64,000 nt of DNA from Lytechinus pictus (Eukaryota), in contig NC_087252.1 in NCBI RefSeq assembly GCF_037042905.1, forward strand, positions 2,544,001-2,608,000. Direction: 5' to 3'. Position numbers and translations under genes: made by a program. Position 1 is the first letter of the stretch. Every line of letters starts with the position of its first letter. This document shows, piece by piece, positions 63,575 through 64,000 of this stretch. A model generated the notes under the pieces. It was given only the letters and a program-made list of their open reading frames with translations. It searched no databases and was not told the DNA's origin.

Positions 63575-64000
63575 TTAAAGATTTTAACCTATGGAACAAG
63601 TGGGCTTGTGTGTAAACAGAAAAATCAAAGAAGGAGAACAAAGAAAGTTTGAGAAAAATCGGACAAATAATGAGAAAGTTATGCGCATTTGAATATTGCG
63701 ATCACTAATCCTATGGAGATCCTCCCAGTGGCAATGCAACAAAGATGTGTGATGTCACATGTGAACAACTTACCCTTTGATGGACTATAAAATACCCCCA
63801 AAATTTCTCTTTTTGCTCTTTCTTATGGTGATACAAACTCTTTATCCATAATGTATTCTTTGAAAATCTGTAATGTATATAGTAATAGGAGAGTTGTTCA
63901 CAAGTGACATCACACATCTTTGTCGCATTGCCAAAGGGAGGATCTCCAGAGCATTAGTGATCGCAATATTCAAATGCTCATAACTTTCTCATTATTTGTC
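63575..64000. mobile_element. Kolobok-like MITE, same family as 11315-11943, truncated by the window end
   Basis: Shares gcatttgaat..gatcactaat..tatggagatcct.cca.tggcaatgc and its inverted copy with the 11315 element. Confidence 0.75.

Overview
AT-rich, intron- and repeat-dominated animal genomic DNA. The repeat style (tRNA-headed SINEs, many short TIR elements, poly-G/C tracts, (GAT)n and (TAC)n microsatellites) suggests an invertebrate deuterostome such as a sea urchin; this is inferred, not proven. I could reconstruct two genes by hand, and neither is shown properly by the ORF track. (1) On the + strand, five short internal exons (48079-48181, 59077-59150, 62282-62328, 62941-63046, 63429-63539) splice in frame into the C-terminal transmembrane region of a SID-1/SIDT family protein (...AQIYYMG...[17 protein letters not shown]...GWQ). 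I found no upstream SIDT exon in bases 1-48078, and the last exons lie beyond base 64000. (2) On the - strand, two coding exons (29461-28358 and 20688-19759) encode a predicted 677-aa type I membrane protein: signal peptide, long Pro-rich PPV(Q/N)(R/Q) region, one EGF domain, one FN3 domain, a transmembrane helix and a Pro/Tyr-rich tail. It appears to lie nested antisense inside a >48 kb SIDT intron. The rest holds a ~5.5 kb foldback with tandem RFX X-box-like motifs and nested insertions, several non-autonomous DNA-transposon families with readable target-site duplications (TTAA, 3, 6, 8 and 9 bp), SINEs and simple repeats. Most ORFs in the supplied track are spurious.
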